Position numbers and translations under genes: made by a program. Under the pieces are notes generated by a model. It saw only the letters and a program-made list of their open reading frames with translations. It had not been told where the DNA came from and made no database searches. A stretch of DNA of 64,000 nt from Blastocystis sp. Blastoise (taxonomy: Eukaryota; Protista; Bigyra: Opalinata): positions 248,001 through 312,000 of the forward strand of contig JBBPEB010000011.1 of the NCBI GenBank assembly GCA_039096225.1. Reading direction: 5' to 3'. Of the stretch, positions 17,756-34,976 are shown one piece after another. Each line of letters begins with the position of its first letter. Within the stretch, counting starts at the first letter, position 1.

Positions 17756-18230
17756 CTTTCTTTATGTAAATAATATTCAAAACAAAAATGTATTATCAAT
17801 AAAATTGACTGTAACAAAAACAAATCGTTTCAAGTACTCCAAAACGACTTTATTCTTATAAATGGATAAAGACAAAAAAGATCTGTTTCGGAATCTGGGA
17901 ATTCTGTATTTTCCATTAACAAATAGAATATTCCTCACGATTATTTCATCAAAAGATTTTCCATGTTTTTTATTATTATTTTTTATTTATTGAATTTTCT
18001 TAAGATGCATTTAGACTTTCCTATTATGAACTTATGTGGAATCTTGTCAAAGATATATTATTTTCAGCTTGCTGATATAAAAACAATGAAGACAATAGAA
18101 GTTTGTCCATGTAATAACAAACAATATAAATAGAAACAAAAAATATCAAAAACAGAAATACAAAAAAGAATAGACAATAATATATAAAAAAAATAAGAAC
18201 AAGAAGAAAAAAAAGAAAATCACACAAATT

Positions 18231-18828
18231 TTAAAGTTTTATTTTTTTATCAGAAGCTTTAGTAACGGGAACAGAAGGAGAAGGAGCTACTCTCTTTTTG
18301 TTTTCTTTACTTTTATAAAAGAATTTACCATCTTGATCCTTAAAACTAGCTTTTGGCTTTCCAGTTTCGAAATCAACAGTTGTATATCTTCCTTCAAGCT
18401 ATATTATTTGGTAGATAATAGAAAAATATTTAAGATATATTTAAGATATATATAAGATATATTTAAGATATATAAGATATATAAGATATATTTAAAATAT
18501 ATATAAGAAATATATAAGATATATATATATATACTTCAAGTGTACCCGATTTTTTAACAGCATTAAGAACTGAATCTCCTCTTTTATATTGAATATATGC
18601 AATTCCTTTTGTTCTACCTGTTTGTGTCCAACGAGGAATACGTACATTAACAATAGGTCCATATAACATGAAAGCATTTCTAATTTGTTCTTCATCATAT
18701 TCATAAGGAATATTCTTCACAAATACAGTATCACAATTAGCAGGAACAGAAGTAATAGAAGATTTATTTTGAACTACTATATATATATATATTTATTATA
18801 TATGTAGAACAAAATAATAATAAATATG

Positions 18829-18879
<51 letters not shown>

Positions 18880-19037
18880 AGGAACAACTCCATTAGCACG
18901 TTGAACACGTACATATCGTTTCCCCATATATTCGTGATCCTTCTTAAGAGCCTCAGTGATGCAGGACTCGTCATCAAATACCACGTGACAATAACCACGA
19001 CAACGACCACTATCTTGATATCTATATATATAGAGAG

Positions 19038-19069
<32 letters not shown>

Positions 19070-19941
19070 CATATAATAAACATAATAATAAACATAATAT
19101 CTATTTTACCTTGGCATTTTAACTTGTATAATATGAGATTTTAATTCTTTGAAGAATTCTTGAATATCAGCTTCTTGTGTTTCATAAGGTAAGCCATCAA
19201 TATATACTTCTCCTTTACTATATATATAATAATAATTAGTATTATTATAACTCTACATTATCATAAAAAGTAATATAAATATATATCTACAAAATAAATA
19301 TATAAGACATAATAGTAATAAAATAAATATGAATAGAATCATAATATATACGGCGACCCAGTAGATAAAGTAGATTTGATTTCTTTTGATTTTTCTTCTT
19401 TTTGTTTTTCTTCATTATTCTTCTCATCTTCTGTAGCATTACGACTCTTATGATTACGTTTTAAAGCTCTTTTAAACATAGTTATAGAAAGATCAATTGG
19501 TTCTCCATTTATACCAACTTTAAATAATAATAAATCACCAAAAAATTTATCTTGAGGAGGATCAATTGCCATATGAAGAGGGTTTTCTGGAAGATTATCA
19601 CCTGAATAACTAGAAATATGTTCATTATATAAAATTGTCAAATAAACTATATCAAAACACACTAACAAATAATAAATCTATCAAAGGATCATATTAAAAT
19701 ACCTTAAAACAGCAATTTGACTTCCTTCCATTTCACCAATATATTCTAATTCAGCGTTAAAAAGCTTGAAAAGCTCATCTTTATCTTGTAAGTCAATCAC
19801 AACTTCTTCATAATCACCATTTGATCTAGAAATAACACAACGTCTTTTAACATGTTCAGACTCCTTTTGATCATCTTCTACTTGCATTTCATCTACTTTT
19901 TCAACTTCATCTACTTTTTTTCCCATATTTTCATTAACCAT
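18231..19941 (-). CDS. Two-RRM RNA-binding protein (nucleolar Nop12/nucleolin-like)
   Basis: RNP2/RNP1 pairs VYIDGLP with RGYCHVVF, and VFVKNIP with KGIAYIQY; 5 introns; start codon uncertain. Confidence 0.8.
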
Positions 19942-20264
19942 TCTTTTCAATCTAATTATATGTGCCAAATAAACGTTAAATAAATAAAATTAAATATACT
20001 TTTAGAGTTAATTGAAGTCTTTTTTGTTTTCTTTTTAAGAAAATTGGATGGTTTTTTCTCACTCACTTTTCTTATTTTCCCAGAAATCTACTCTTTTTCT
20101 ACCTACTTCTTTATTGACGCTATATATCGATATCTCATAAACAAATTAAAATAATCGTGATTATTTTTCTGGATGGATACAAATGAAATTGCATTTCGAA
20201 TTTCTTTTTAAAATCAAGAATCCATAGAGTTTAAAAACAAAATTCTTTTTTTACACATTTTCAC

Positions 20265-22087
20265 ATGAGCGTATGTTAAATTTATATTTTAATGTATTAA
20301 TCAATCTAGAGAAAAGCGTGGGGTCTTTGGGATCCTGCTGAACATGGGTTAGCACCAGATTTCTGGTTAACCAATTATACTAAAATGAAGGGGTGAGGTT
20401 GTAAGTTACCACAAGCTAAACTGTTGGAATATTTAAAAGCTGTGAAGAATAACGATAATAAATCGAATGAAACCCCTGGACTAGATTGTGCTGTTGTCAA
20501 GTCTAAAATACCTGGATATGTATGATTTATTTAAAATCTAATCATTATTATTCATTTCGTTTTTTTTATTTGTTTGCTTTTATAATTATGAGCATAACTT
20601 TAAAATAGTATTCTAGTATATTATAATGAAAGTAATACCATTTATTTATAGTATTCTATTTCTACTACTGATTTCTTCTATCCTCTAATTGATGATCCTT
20701 ATCTTCAAGTAAGCTTTTATTTAAAGTGTCTATAATAAAAATGATAATAGTTATAATAATAATATAATAATGTTATAATAATAATATAATAATGTTATAA
20801 TATTAATAATAATATAATAATAATTATAATAATAAATATATAATATTATATATAGGGTCGTATTGCTGCTTGTAACGTTATTTCTGATATGTATGCCATG
20901 GGTGTCATTGAGATTGATACGATGCTTATGATTCTAGGTGTTTGTCGAGAGATGCCTGAAAAAGAAAGAGATTATTCTACTCGTGAAATGATTCGTGGAT
21001 TTAATGGTATTTAGAATACATATTATATATTAATATTTTTTATAGAATTTAATTTAGAATTAAATTATTGATTTATTTTATTTATTATTTTTTCTTCTGT
21101 TTATACTTTTTTATTTTTTTTTTAAATATATTATTTCATTTTTCTATTATTATTATTATATTATTATTATTATATTTTTTCATTTTTATATTATTATTTC
21201 ATTATTATTTCATTATTATATTATTATTTCATTCTATATTTTCTTCTTCTAAAGATATTGCTCATATTGCTGCAACAAATGTGACAGGAGGTCAGACAGT
21301 AATGAACGAGTGGCCAATGATTGGTGGTGTAGCTACATCTATTAGTAAAGAACCAAAAATTAAAGGTTTACCTTGTGATTATGATGGTAGTATACCTAAT
21401 GAAGATGAAGAAGGTGATTTCATTTGGCCAGATAGAGGAGAAGCAGGAGATGTTCTTATATTAACTAAACCCATTGGTACACAAGTATTTATTATTCTAG
21501 ATATATTTATTATATTTATATATTTATTATTATTATTTTAATAAAAATATATAATATATATATATATATCTATATAGGCTGCTGTGAATACCTTTGAATG
21601 GATTCGTAAGCCTGCTTCTTGGGCGAATATCGAGGATATTATGACTTATGATGATATTATTAAGACTTATAAGATGGCATGTGACTCTATGTCTTTCCCT
21701 AATTTGATTGGTGCTCAGTTGATGCGTAAGTATCATGCTCATGGTTGTACAGATATTACAGGGTTTGGTATATATGGTCATACAAATAATTTAGCAGAAC
21801 AACAACGTAATAAGATTAATCTTATTATAAAACGTCTTCCTGTTATAGTGAATATGCTCACTGTTAATGATTATCTTCATGATAAATTCCGTTTCCATAC
21901 TGGATTAAGTGCTGAATCTTCAGGTGGTCTTATGATAATGCTACCTCCTCAATATGCTGAAAGTTACTTAAAAGAATATAAGGAGTTAACTGGCCATGAA
22001 GCATGGATTGTAGGAGAAGTTGTTGAAGGAGAGAACAAGTCTATTCTTGATAAAGATATGGAATTATTTGAAGTAGAAGAATGGTAA
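20265..22087 (+). CDS. SEPHS2: Selenophosphate synthetase, Sec-containing (SelD/SPS2 type)
   Basis: ATGAGC, a 39-nt intron, then [29 protein letters not shown](TGA 20394-20396)-GCKLPQ. Also [48 protein letters not shown] and AESSGGL. Confidence 0.95.
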
Positions 22088-22399
22088 AGAGAGAGAAAGA
22101 GAAGTAGTTTTTATTATTTAAGTTTAAAAAATAAGAATTTATATATATATACAAATATGTATAGATTCTTTTTTTTTAGATTTGATTAATGGTACAGTTT
22201 ATATTTAAGGGTTTCATTTATATATTTATTTGAATTATTCTTTCTAACTTTTATATATTGTTAGTTTGATGTAATTTATAATTTTTTAAACATTTATATA
22301 TATATATATCTTATTTTATTTATTTAATATTTATTAATTCTATGAATTGAATGATAATGACATATATTTAATAGAATCCAACAGCTATAAATATATATT

Positions 22400-22462
22400 A
22401 ATAAATTTTTTGATGAAGTGTCATATGAAAGCTTAGCTGTATGAATACAGAACAAATTTATT
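22400..22462 (+). promoter_or_regulatory. Eukaryotic SECIS element in the SPS2 3' UTR
   Basis: Helix I AATAAATTT/AAATTTATT; core ATGAA (22413-22417) opposite AGAA (22449-22452); helix II GTGTCATATG/TGTATGAATAC; apical AAA (22428-22430) plus mini-stem GC-TTA-GC. Confidence 0.85.
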
Positions 22463-22803
22463 CTTTATTGCTTCTATTTTATAGTTTAATTAGTTTATAT
22501 TGTTTTGTAAAATGTAATTTTTTTTTAATCTTAAAAAAAGAAAAGAAAACAATATATATTTAAATAAAAATATATATAATGTATATCCTAAAAAACAATA
22601 TAATTAATAAAGAAATACAATAGTTTTATATGAAAATGAAGTGAAAGCAAGTTGACAAAAAAAAACTAAATAAAACAATACATTGAAATGAAAAGAAAAA
22701 AAGGAATATAAAAAATATAATATTATACATATATAATTCATTATAAAAAGAAAGGAAATCATAAATACTTCTATAAATTCTCTTTAATAAATAGAAATTC
22801 TAT

Positions 22804-26529
<3,726 letters not shown>

Positions 26530-27056
26530 TTTTATAATTAACTTATTACAGAAATGATAGATAAAGTTTAAAAAAATCCTTTTCTTTTGAAGCATGATTA
26601 GGCTACAAAGACGGCACTTTAGCAAAAAAACAATAGCATTTTGTATCGTTTACGGGGAAAACACATGATACAGGGAATTCTTCTATTATTTCATGATAAT
26701 TTAATACTGTTCTTAACAAATAATTATGTTTTGCACTTTTCTATTTTTGAGTCATTCTTGATGGATAATCATGAATAATATAATATTGTTATCAAATATT
26801 TCTGGTTGTTTTTTGGTGGCAAATTATTTGAATAACAGAAACAGCAACTAATTGATTCCCGTTAGTATTCTAGAAATAATGGGGAGAAAACATTTTTATT
26901 ATTAATTGACGACATTTCTAGAACTCCTTTTCTTCAAAAGAAACAAAAGAAATTTCGAATTGCTAGAAAAATGGAAAACTGTTTTTGAACTTTCATAGTT
27001 GAGTAATTTGTCTATTATTTGCTAATTCAGTATTTCCTTAACTATAAATACTTAAA

Positions 27057-29296
27057 ATGAGTGTTACTATTCGTTACACAAGTAAAAAAGAAACTGATAT
27101 AAAGGTACAGTATGAAGATGATTATACTTTTGGTTGGTTAAGAGAGTTTGCTCATAATTCCTATGAAATTGAGAAAGAAAATGTAGTTTTTCTTTATAAA
27201 GGAGAAATTATGGATGTTGATGAAGATATTATGTTCGATTTCGGGATAAAAGAAGATGACGTTATTGTTGTCTTCGATAAAACAAAGAACTATGCTGCAA
27301 AAGTTGAATATCACGAAACAAATCTGACTTGTTATCCCAAAGTTGAATATACTTTTGGAACTTTAAAGTCCAGGCTATTAGAAGTATGTTTTGATAATGA
27401 ATATCTTTTATATTCTTAGTTTATAATAATATATATATGTATATATATATATTTTTTCTAAACATGATGTGATTGTTCTTTTAAGTTTCTCAACTATTTA
27501 AATTTATTATTTATTTTTTAAAACTTTTCTATATGTATATATTTAATGATATCTCTAGACGATAAAGAAAACAACTGGATCTTATTCTGATGTTATAGAT
27601 GGAGGTTTATATTTAATTTGGGAAAAAACTATATTATCGGATGAGAAAACGATTAAAGACATGAATATAAAGCCAGAAAAACTTATTGTTGAATATAAAA
27701 TGATTGTACGTTAGTTATTCTAAATATTAGTCTATGTATTTTATTTTTTTGTATATTATATATATAATTTTTATTTTTTTTTTAATATTCAAATGTATAT
27801 TATAATTCTAATAAATATGATTCAATATTAATTTTATTATATATATATATTAGGAGAAATCTAAAATACATCAAATACGTAATTTACCTGATTTGAATTC
27901 ATCCACTATCTCTACAAGATCCGAGAAAGAACAAGAACGAAAGAAACTTCAAAAGAAAGAATCTATACGTTCATTATTTGGTTTAATACCTTATATAAAA
28001 GATCTTTGGAATCGTAGACCCTCAAAAGAAGAGTTGCGTCATAATACGTTACTTTTATTTGGAATACAAATCATACCGTTACTTATATTCTTTATTTGTT
28101 CTATGTCTCAAGTATTATCGAATTTCGCTTATTTAGTTGTTTTCCTCTTCTTTATCTTATGTGCTAACATAAGTATTCTTTATAATATCATTCAAACTAT
28201 TCATGTATTTAATTCTACATATTTAAATCTTATTTTCGCTATTCCTTTATGTCCAACGGCTACTTACTTTCTTCTTAAATATTGTGTTAGTCGAAAATTA
28301 CTATTTTCATGTCTTGTTGCTATTCCTTTTGAACAAATTGTATATTCTGTTTGCAAATATCAACGACCTAGTATATATATATATTCTATTATTCTATTAT
28401 TCTTTATATAGTTTATAAAAGACCTGTACCTACATCCCGTGTATATATATAATTCTTTTTTTATTTAATATGATATATATATATATACATATTCTATATA
28501 AACACATACTCTCTAGCCTTCTATAAATACATCATATATATCTACACCTCAAAATCGATCTTCTTCTCCTTCTGAACCTGCTTTAAATACATCTACAGCT
28601 TCTTTATTCAATACTTCTATTCATTCTACTACTTCTTCTATTCCTTCTATGGCTAACAATACACCTCTTCTCTATGATTATACTATAAGTTCTCTCTCTT
28701 ATACTCCTGACGATATTACTCCCTTTGTTAAAGAAGCAAAATCTGTATCTTTAGGTATTGCTATACCTACATTCAGAACTATATTACCAGGACGTATTGA
28801 AGGAGCTTCTCTTTGTATATTCATATTTATATATTGTTTTTTTCTAGTTTTATTTTGTTGTTGGTATTGCTCTTTTTATGCAAAATTCATATATTATTCT
28901 TTATATATTAAAAAATTAAATATTATTCCTTATATATTAAAAAATTCATATATTATTCTTTATATATTAAAAAATTAAATATTATTCCTTACATATTACA
29001 ATTCTTATTATTAAAACTATTCTCTTTCATATTGTTAATTATTATTTTATAAAATTTATAATAATCTATAACTTTTTTTTTCTATTTCAACTCTAGTATT
29101 CCCAGATTTATCATTTACTGCTCCTCCTAATTCTCATGTCAATTTCACTGTTTATATGAACGAATATATTTTTGCACAAGGAAATGGTGAAGATATTGGT
29201 GATTATCAAGGTGATGAATATGCATTTACTATCGATTCTCAACAACAATTCAATGGAAAAATCAATTTCAAAGTTGTTTGCTATTCTTTCAATTAA
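27057..29296 (+). CDS. Protein with two N-terminal ubiquitin-like domains, a multi-pass TM segment, Ser-rich linker and C-terminal globular domain
   Basis: UBL patterns TFGWLRE...VFLYKGEIMD...FGIKEDDVIVV and TFGTLKS...LIWEKTILSDEKTIKDMNI; hydrophobic helices in 27893-28370; 5 GT-AG introns. Confidence 0.6.
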
Positions 29297-29813
29297 TTCC
29301 ATTTATTCTCACTGTTCGTTTTCTATCATTTGACTTTCCTGTCCAGTTTTATTTAATTGTTTTTGTTTATTTACATATTTATTGCTGGCTTTTTGTTAAT
29401 TTTTGTTAAATTGTTTTTGATTCTTTGACCAAATGAATTTATCAAGTTTCTAAAACGAGGATCTAGTCAAGAACACTATTTTGTTTCACTGTAATTTTTT
29501 TAAATAAATTATTTTTTATTATACCTTGTATCGTTATTTAATTGTCATACTTCATCAAATACATACTTCATACATCCAGACAGATCCTCTAGTGAGTCAG
29601 TTTTCTGTAAAAAGCAATAAAAAAAACATAAGGTGGATAAGAAAAGGAACTCTATTATTTTGATTGGCTTCTTTGTGTAAACTGTTCAATAAAATTAATC
29701 TGAATTTTCCAGAGATTCTCACCGTATAGAGTTCCATGGAATTAAGGATATTTGTGATTGTTTTATTTAAATGTTTAGAATAGATTATTATTCATATAAA
29801 TAATTTATACAAT

Positions 29814-32804
29814 ATGTTTGCGTGTTTAGCTCCAAATCGTCTCTACAAACTTCCTTATATTGACTACTCGTCAATTCAAGTACTTTTTACTCATTCTTGT
29901 TTCCAATATGTGTCTTTTTTCAATTTTAGAACCCTACTCTTGTTTCCTATCCTATTGATGGTGATCGTAAGCATGGAATTTTTCGACAAACAGGTATTGA
30001 TGAACTTTATACTACTCCATTTCCTGATAAACCTTGGATAAAGACTACAACATATCCTTTCTTATAATATAATGAATAGTTTCATTTATAATTTTTTGAC
30101 TTTATTCTTGTATTGTCCATTTTGTTTCTTTTTTTTTCTTAATATGGAACAGATATGTTAGAAAATAGTTCTAAAGAATATGCAAATAATCGTTCACTAG
30201 GTGAACGTATTGAAAATGCTGATGGAACTTATGGAGAGTATGCTATTTATATATTAAGTCACTTTTTTTTAGAAAAACTATAAAATAGTAGTTATTCTTT
30301 TTTATATTATATTATATATATATAGATATCGTTATATAACTTTTGCTCAGTTATTTACTCGTGTTATCCGTCTTGGCCGTGGTTTACGTCAATTATGTCC
30401 TTTTATAAATCGAGAAGATCCAGTAGGTGTATATAGTGTGAATAGCAGTAACCTTCAAACTGCTTGTCTTGCTATCCATTCTCAAGTATATAGAATATAT
30501 ATATATAATGCTGATTCTTTCTGTATTCGTTTCATTATTATTTTTATAATAATATTTCATATTATACTCATTATTCTCTATTCATTATTATAATCAATAA
30601 TAATTATAATTCTTTTTTTTTATTCATTATTATAATTAATAATAATTATAATTCTATTATTCTCTTTTCATTATTATAATCAATAATAATCATAATAATA
30701 ACTCTAATATTTTCAATAGAGTTTGCGTGTTGTTCCTCTTTATGATACTCTTGGTGCACATGCATGTGAATATATATGTAATGAAACTCAACTTCAAGTG
30801 ATTTTCACCACATTCAATCATCAAGAAGATATGAAGAAACTTATAGGTATATATATTATAATATCTTTATATATATTAATTGCACAATCATATAGATTTC
30901 GTTATTTTACTATATATTATTTACATTATTTTTATTCCTATATTTCTATATAGTAAGTTGTCCTTCAATAAAGGTAATCATTATATTAGATAAAGACATT
31001 GAATCTATTCCTGAAGATTATCTTCCTTCCTCTGTTTCTATCTATCGCTTTGATGATGTATATATATTTAATTATGATTTTAATTATTATTATCTTTATA
31101 TATATGTATATAATTAATTTTTATTTTTCAAATTTATTTATTTTCTTTCATATCGTGAATATATTTATTTAATAATTATAATTACTATATATTTTTCATT
31201 TCTATTTATCTCTATTTTCTATGCCTCTATATATAGGTATTACAGAGTGGTCCAGAAGAATCAGAGTATCATATTCGTGAAGACGACTGGAGACCTTCTG
31301 CTGATACTATATGTCATATATTCTATACTTCAGGAACTACAGGCAATCCAAAAGGAGTATTAATCTCTCATATTGGTATTATGTTTACTGCTGCATCCTT
31401 CTTAAATGGAATTGTAGGTTTATTATTATTATTATTATTATTATTATATTATATTATTATTATATTATATTTAATATATCATTTATTATCATTTATTATC
31501 ATTTATATAAATATCATAGTGATCTACATAAATTATATTATATATAGTTATATCGTGGACAAGAGATAACAGAACGTGATGGTGTATTTTCATATTTACC
31601 TCTTGCTCATGGATATGCAACTTCTGTTGAATTAGCAGTATTATCTCGTGGTGTTCGTATTCCATATTTTACTGGATCTTTAAAGAATATCTTACCTGAT
31701 GTCAAAGAAGCTGCTCCTTCTTTGTTTATTGGTGTACCTCGAGTTTTAAATCGTATTAAAACAGGTATTATTAATCAATTTGCTTCTTTTAATTATATTA
31801 AGCAAATATTTATTTCATGGTGTATACATTTCCAAACCTTAGCTACTCGTAAAGGATATAGACATGCTCTCCTTGATAAACTTGTATTTAATCAATTAAC
31901 TGCTATGTTTGGAGGAAATCTTCGTTTCTTTGCTGTTGGTGCTGCTCCTATGAATCCAGAAGATTCTGAATTCTTATCTGTTTGTTTTAATGCTCCTTTA
32001 TTAGAAGGATATGGATTAACAGAAACTAGTGCTGCTGCATTTATGACTCTTAATAATGATCATAGTGTTTATGGAAATGTTGGTGCTCCTTTTATTGCTA
32101 CTGAATTTAAATTAGTTTCTTGTCCTGATATAGAATATACAGTAGATGACGAACCATGTCCACGTGGAGAAGTTTGTATTCGTGGTGGTTGTTTATTTAA
32201 AGGATATTATAAGAATGAAGAAGAAACAAAGAAAGTTATGGATGAAGATGGATTCTTCCATACAGGCGACATTGGCAGATTAAATCCTGATAATTCACTT
32301 ACAATTATTGATCGAAAGAAGAATATCTTTAAAATGGCTCAAGGAGAATATATTGCTGCTGAACATTTAGAAAGTGTATATGAAGAAAGTCCTTTAATTG
32401 GACAATTATTTATATATGGAAATGGCCATGAACGTTATCTTGTAGGTATTGTAGGAGTTGATCCTGTTCTTGCTATTCAAAAGATGAAAGAATTGAATAT
32501 GGATGTTATTGACTATAAACAAGAAGGATGGGAAGAATCTTTTAAAAAGAATGTTCAAACATCTATTTTCCATGATTATGTATTAGAACTTTTACATCAA
32601 AAAGCTGAAAAAGCACAACTTCGTGGATTTGAAGTTATAAAAGAAATCTATATAGAATCACATTATGAATCAAATAATATGATCTTTGCAGAAACTAACA
32701 ATATGCTTACTCCCTCATTCAAATTAAAACGATATAACTGTCAAAAACATTATCAATCTATTATTGATGATCTCTATAAGAAAATCAATACTACTTCTAT
32801 GTAA
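29814..32804 (+). CDS. Long-chain acyl-CoA synthetase (ACSL/LACS family)
   Basis: VVPLYDTLG, YTSGTTGNPKG, SYLPLAH, EGYGLTE, FHTGDIG, IIDRKKNIFKMAQGEYIA; second intron is AT-AC. Confidence 0.93.
30052..30150 (+). other. U12-type (minor spliceosome) AT-AC intron, 99 nt
   Basis: 5' end ATATCCTTT, branch-like TTCTTAAT at 30136-30143, 3' end ...GGAAC. Contains an in-frame TAA; removal restores WIKTTTDMLENSSKEY. Confidence 0.9.
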
Positions 32805-33583
32805 TACTCTATACACATATTTTCTTTTATACATATTTCTTATTTGTAAAATATATATATTTATATCACATATTCTGTTTTTATTTCTTTTATATAAGTT
32901 TTTTTTAAATTTATATAAACATTTACTTTTGATAACCTTTTGAAATTCTTTTGTTTCTTTTGATATATATTATATGTACTATTTTTTCTGATTTCGTTAC
33001 AGAAGATATTTTTAAGCATTTAGGATAAGTTATATTCTTTGTTTTGTTCTCTTCTCTTACTTCTAGTATTTAAATTTTTACTATTAACGATGTTTTTCTC
33101 ACCATTTTTACTATTTTCAGCAATCATGTGTTTTTCAATTTTGGTAACACTCTAGTTTATTTGTAAATGTCAGGATCTATTATTAGAGTGAACATTAAGT
33201 GTTTTAACTGACTCATTATTAACTGAATTAATTTCTTATTATGAATCTAAGTATGATGATACTCACTAGCTAGAGCAGTTCACTTGTATGTTATACGAAT
33301 ATCATTAATTCTCATATTATATACTAAAAATAATCTGATACTCAAAATTGTAACATAATTTTGATAAAAAAGTATATCAATAAAAACAGAATTCTCTGTG
33401 AAACCCAAAGCAAATATATATAATATTTAAAAAATTATTTTTAGGAATAAAACTCATAAAATATATCCCTGTAACTAAAATTAGTGAACAATATATAAAA
33501 GTTTTATTCGTGTTTTAAAGTATACGTTTTTAAAAAAAAAACACAACATATTATCATTCTTATATTATATATATATAATAAAC

Positions 33584-34934
33584 ATGCCTTCATATAAGAA
33601 CTATTCTGTATTTCTTATTGATATGAATCTTTACTATCCTTTAGAATTCTTGGGATCCATCAAGTGGTTCAAGTCGAGCTAGAGTATACATGTGATTTTC
33701 ACATAAAAATAATATACTATGAATATAGGCATCAAAAACAGTATCAGTAAGTCAGACGAGTTCTACAAAACAAACTCAACCAAATGTTGTAGCAACTGCT
33801 CCGATAAGACAGCCGAACAATGCTTTTGTAAAGGAAGAGCCTAAAAAGGAAAGTAAAACTCATAAGATATGGATGATGATTCGATGGAAAGTTCTTATCC
33901 TTGCGATTATTTTATTAATTATGCTTCTTTTCCAAGTATTCTTTTTTCTTTTCATAAATGAATTAATGTTTTATTTATTTTTCATGTAGATTGCATTCAC
34001 TTTCTTTCCAAGTTTTGTCATCAGTTATTTCTGCATCAAACCTCAAAAAGTACGTTATGTTTAATAAGTCTTTTTCAATGTTTCTTCTTCTTTTTCAATG
34101 TTTCTTTCTCTTTTTCTTCTATTTATTAAAAAACATAATTACTACCATTTTTCATATTATTCTATATCTTTCTAGTCAGCTTCCTTAGTTGGTTTATTGT
34201 TTTCTCCATTTGTACATGATTCTTGGATTTATTTATTGAGTGATCTTCCAGTATTCTTATTATTGTCTATTTTATTGTTATTAAGAGGGAAATCACGATA
34301 TATTTGTGTATCTTTAATTTCTGTTCTTTTTGGAAATTGTTTTGTATTTATTTTTGGAGAATCAGGAAAGATTTATTATGGTCTTGGAGGTATTTATATA
34401 AGTATTCTTTATTGATTTTAAAAATGATATTTTATGTAATATTATTATGAAATTAATATATATCTATAATTCCTGAAGTATCGTTATTTCTAAAGATATC
34501 TTATGAAATTACGTTACTCTATACTATATGATTATCTATAATATATATTCAAATAATAATAGTTTTACCTTATATTATTTTTTATTCTTCTTTATTTCCT
34601 TTAGTCTACGTATTTGGTCTTTTGAGTTATATATATCTTTCTTCGTTATTGGAATTGAATTGGCCACCAAAATGTAATTCACATAGGTATATATATATAA
34701 TACTATAAATAAATATAGGATCTCTATTTTATAGTATGACAGTTATATATATATATGCATATTATTATACTATTATCTATTGTATATATAGTATCAAAGC
34801 TTTTATTATTGCGTTAGTTGCAAGTATGTATATTGTATGATATCTATTATATATTCTATAGCATTGATTCTCATTTTATTTTATTATTTTGATCTCGTAC
34901 CTTTCCAAATTTATGGGTATATACATATTATATG

Positions 34935-34976
<42 letters not shown>

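Noticed and set aside
20394-20396. In-frame TGA as a pseudogene lesion or evidence of a reassigned genetic code
   Set aside because: It is at the known Sec position and has a SECIS; Trp is TGG elsewhere, and no other spliced exon needed stop readthrough.
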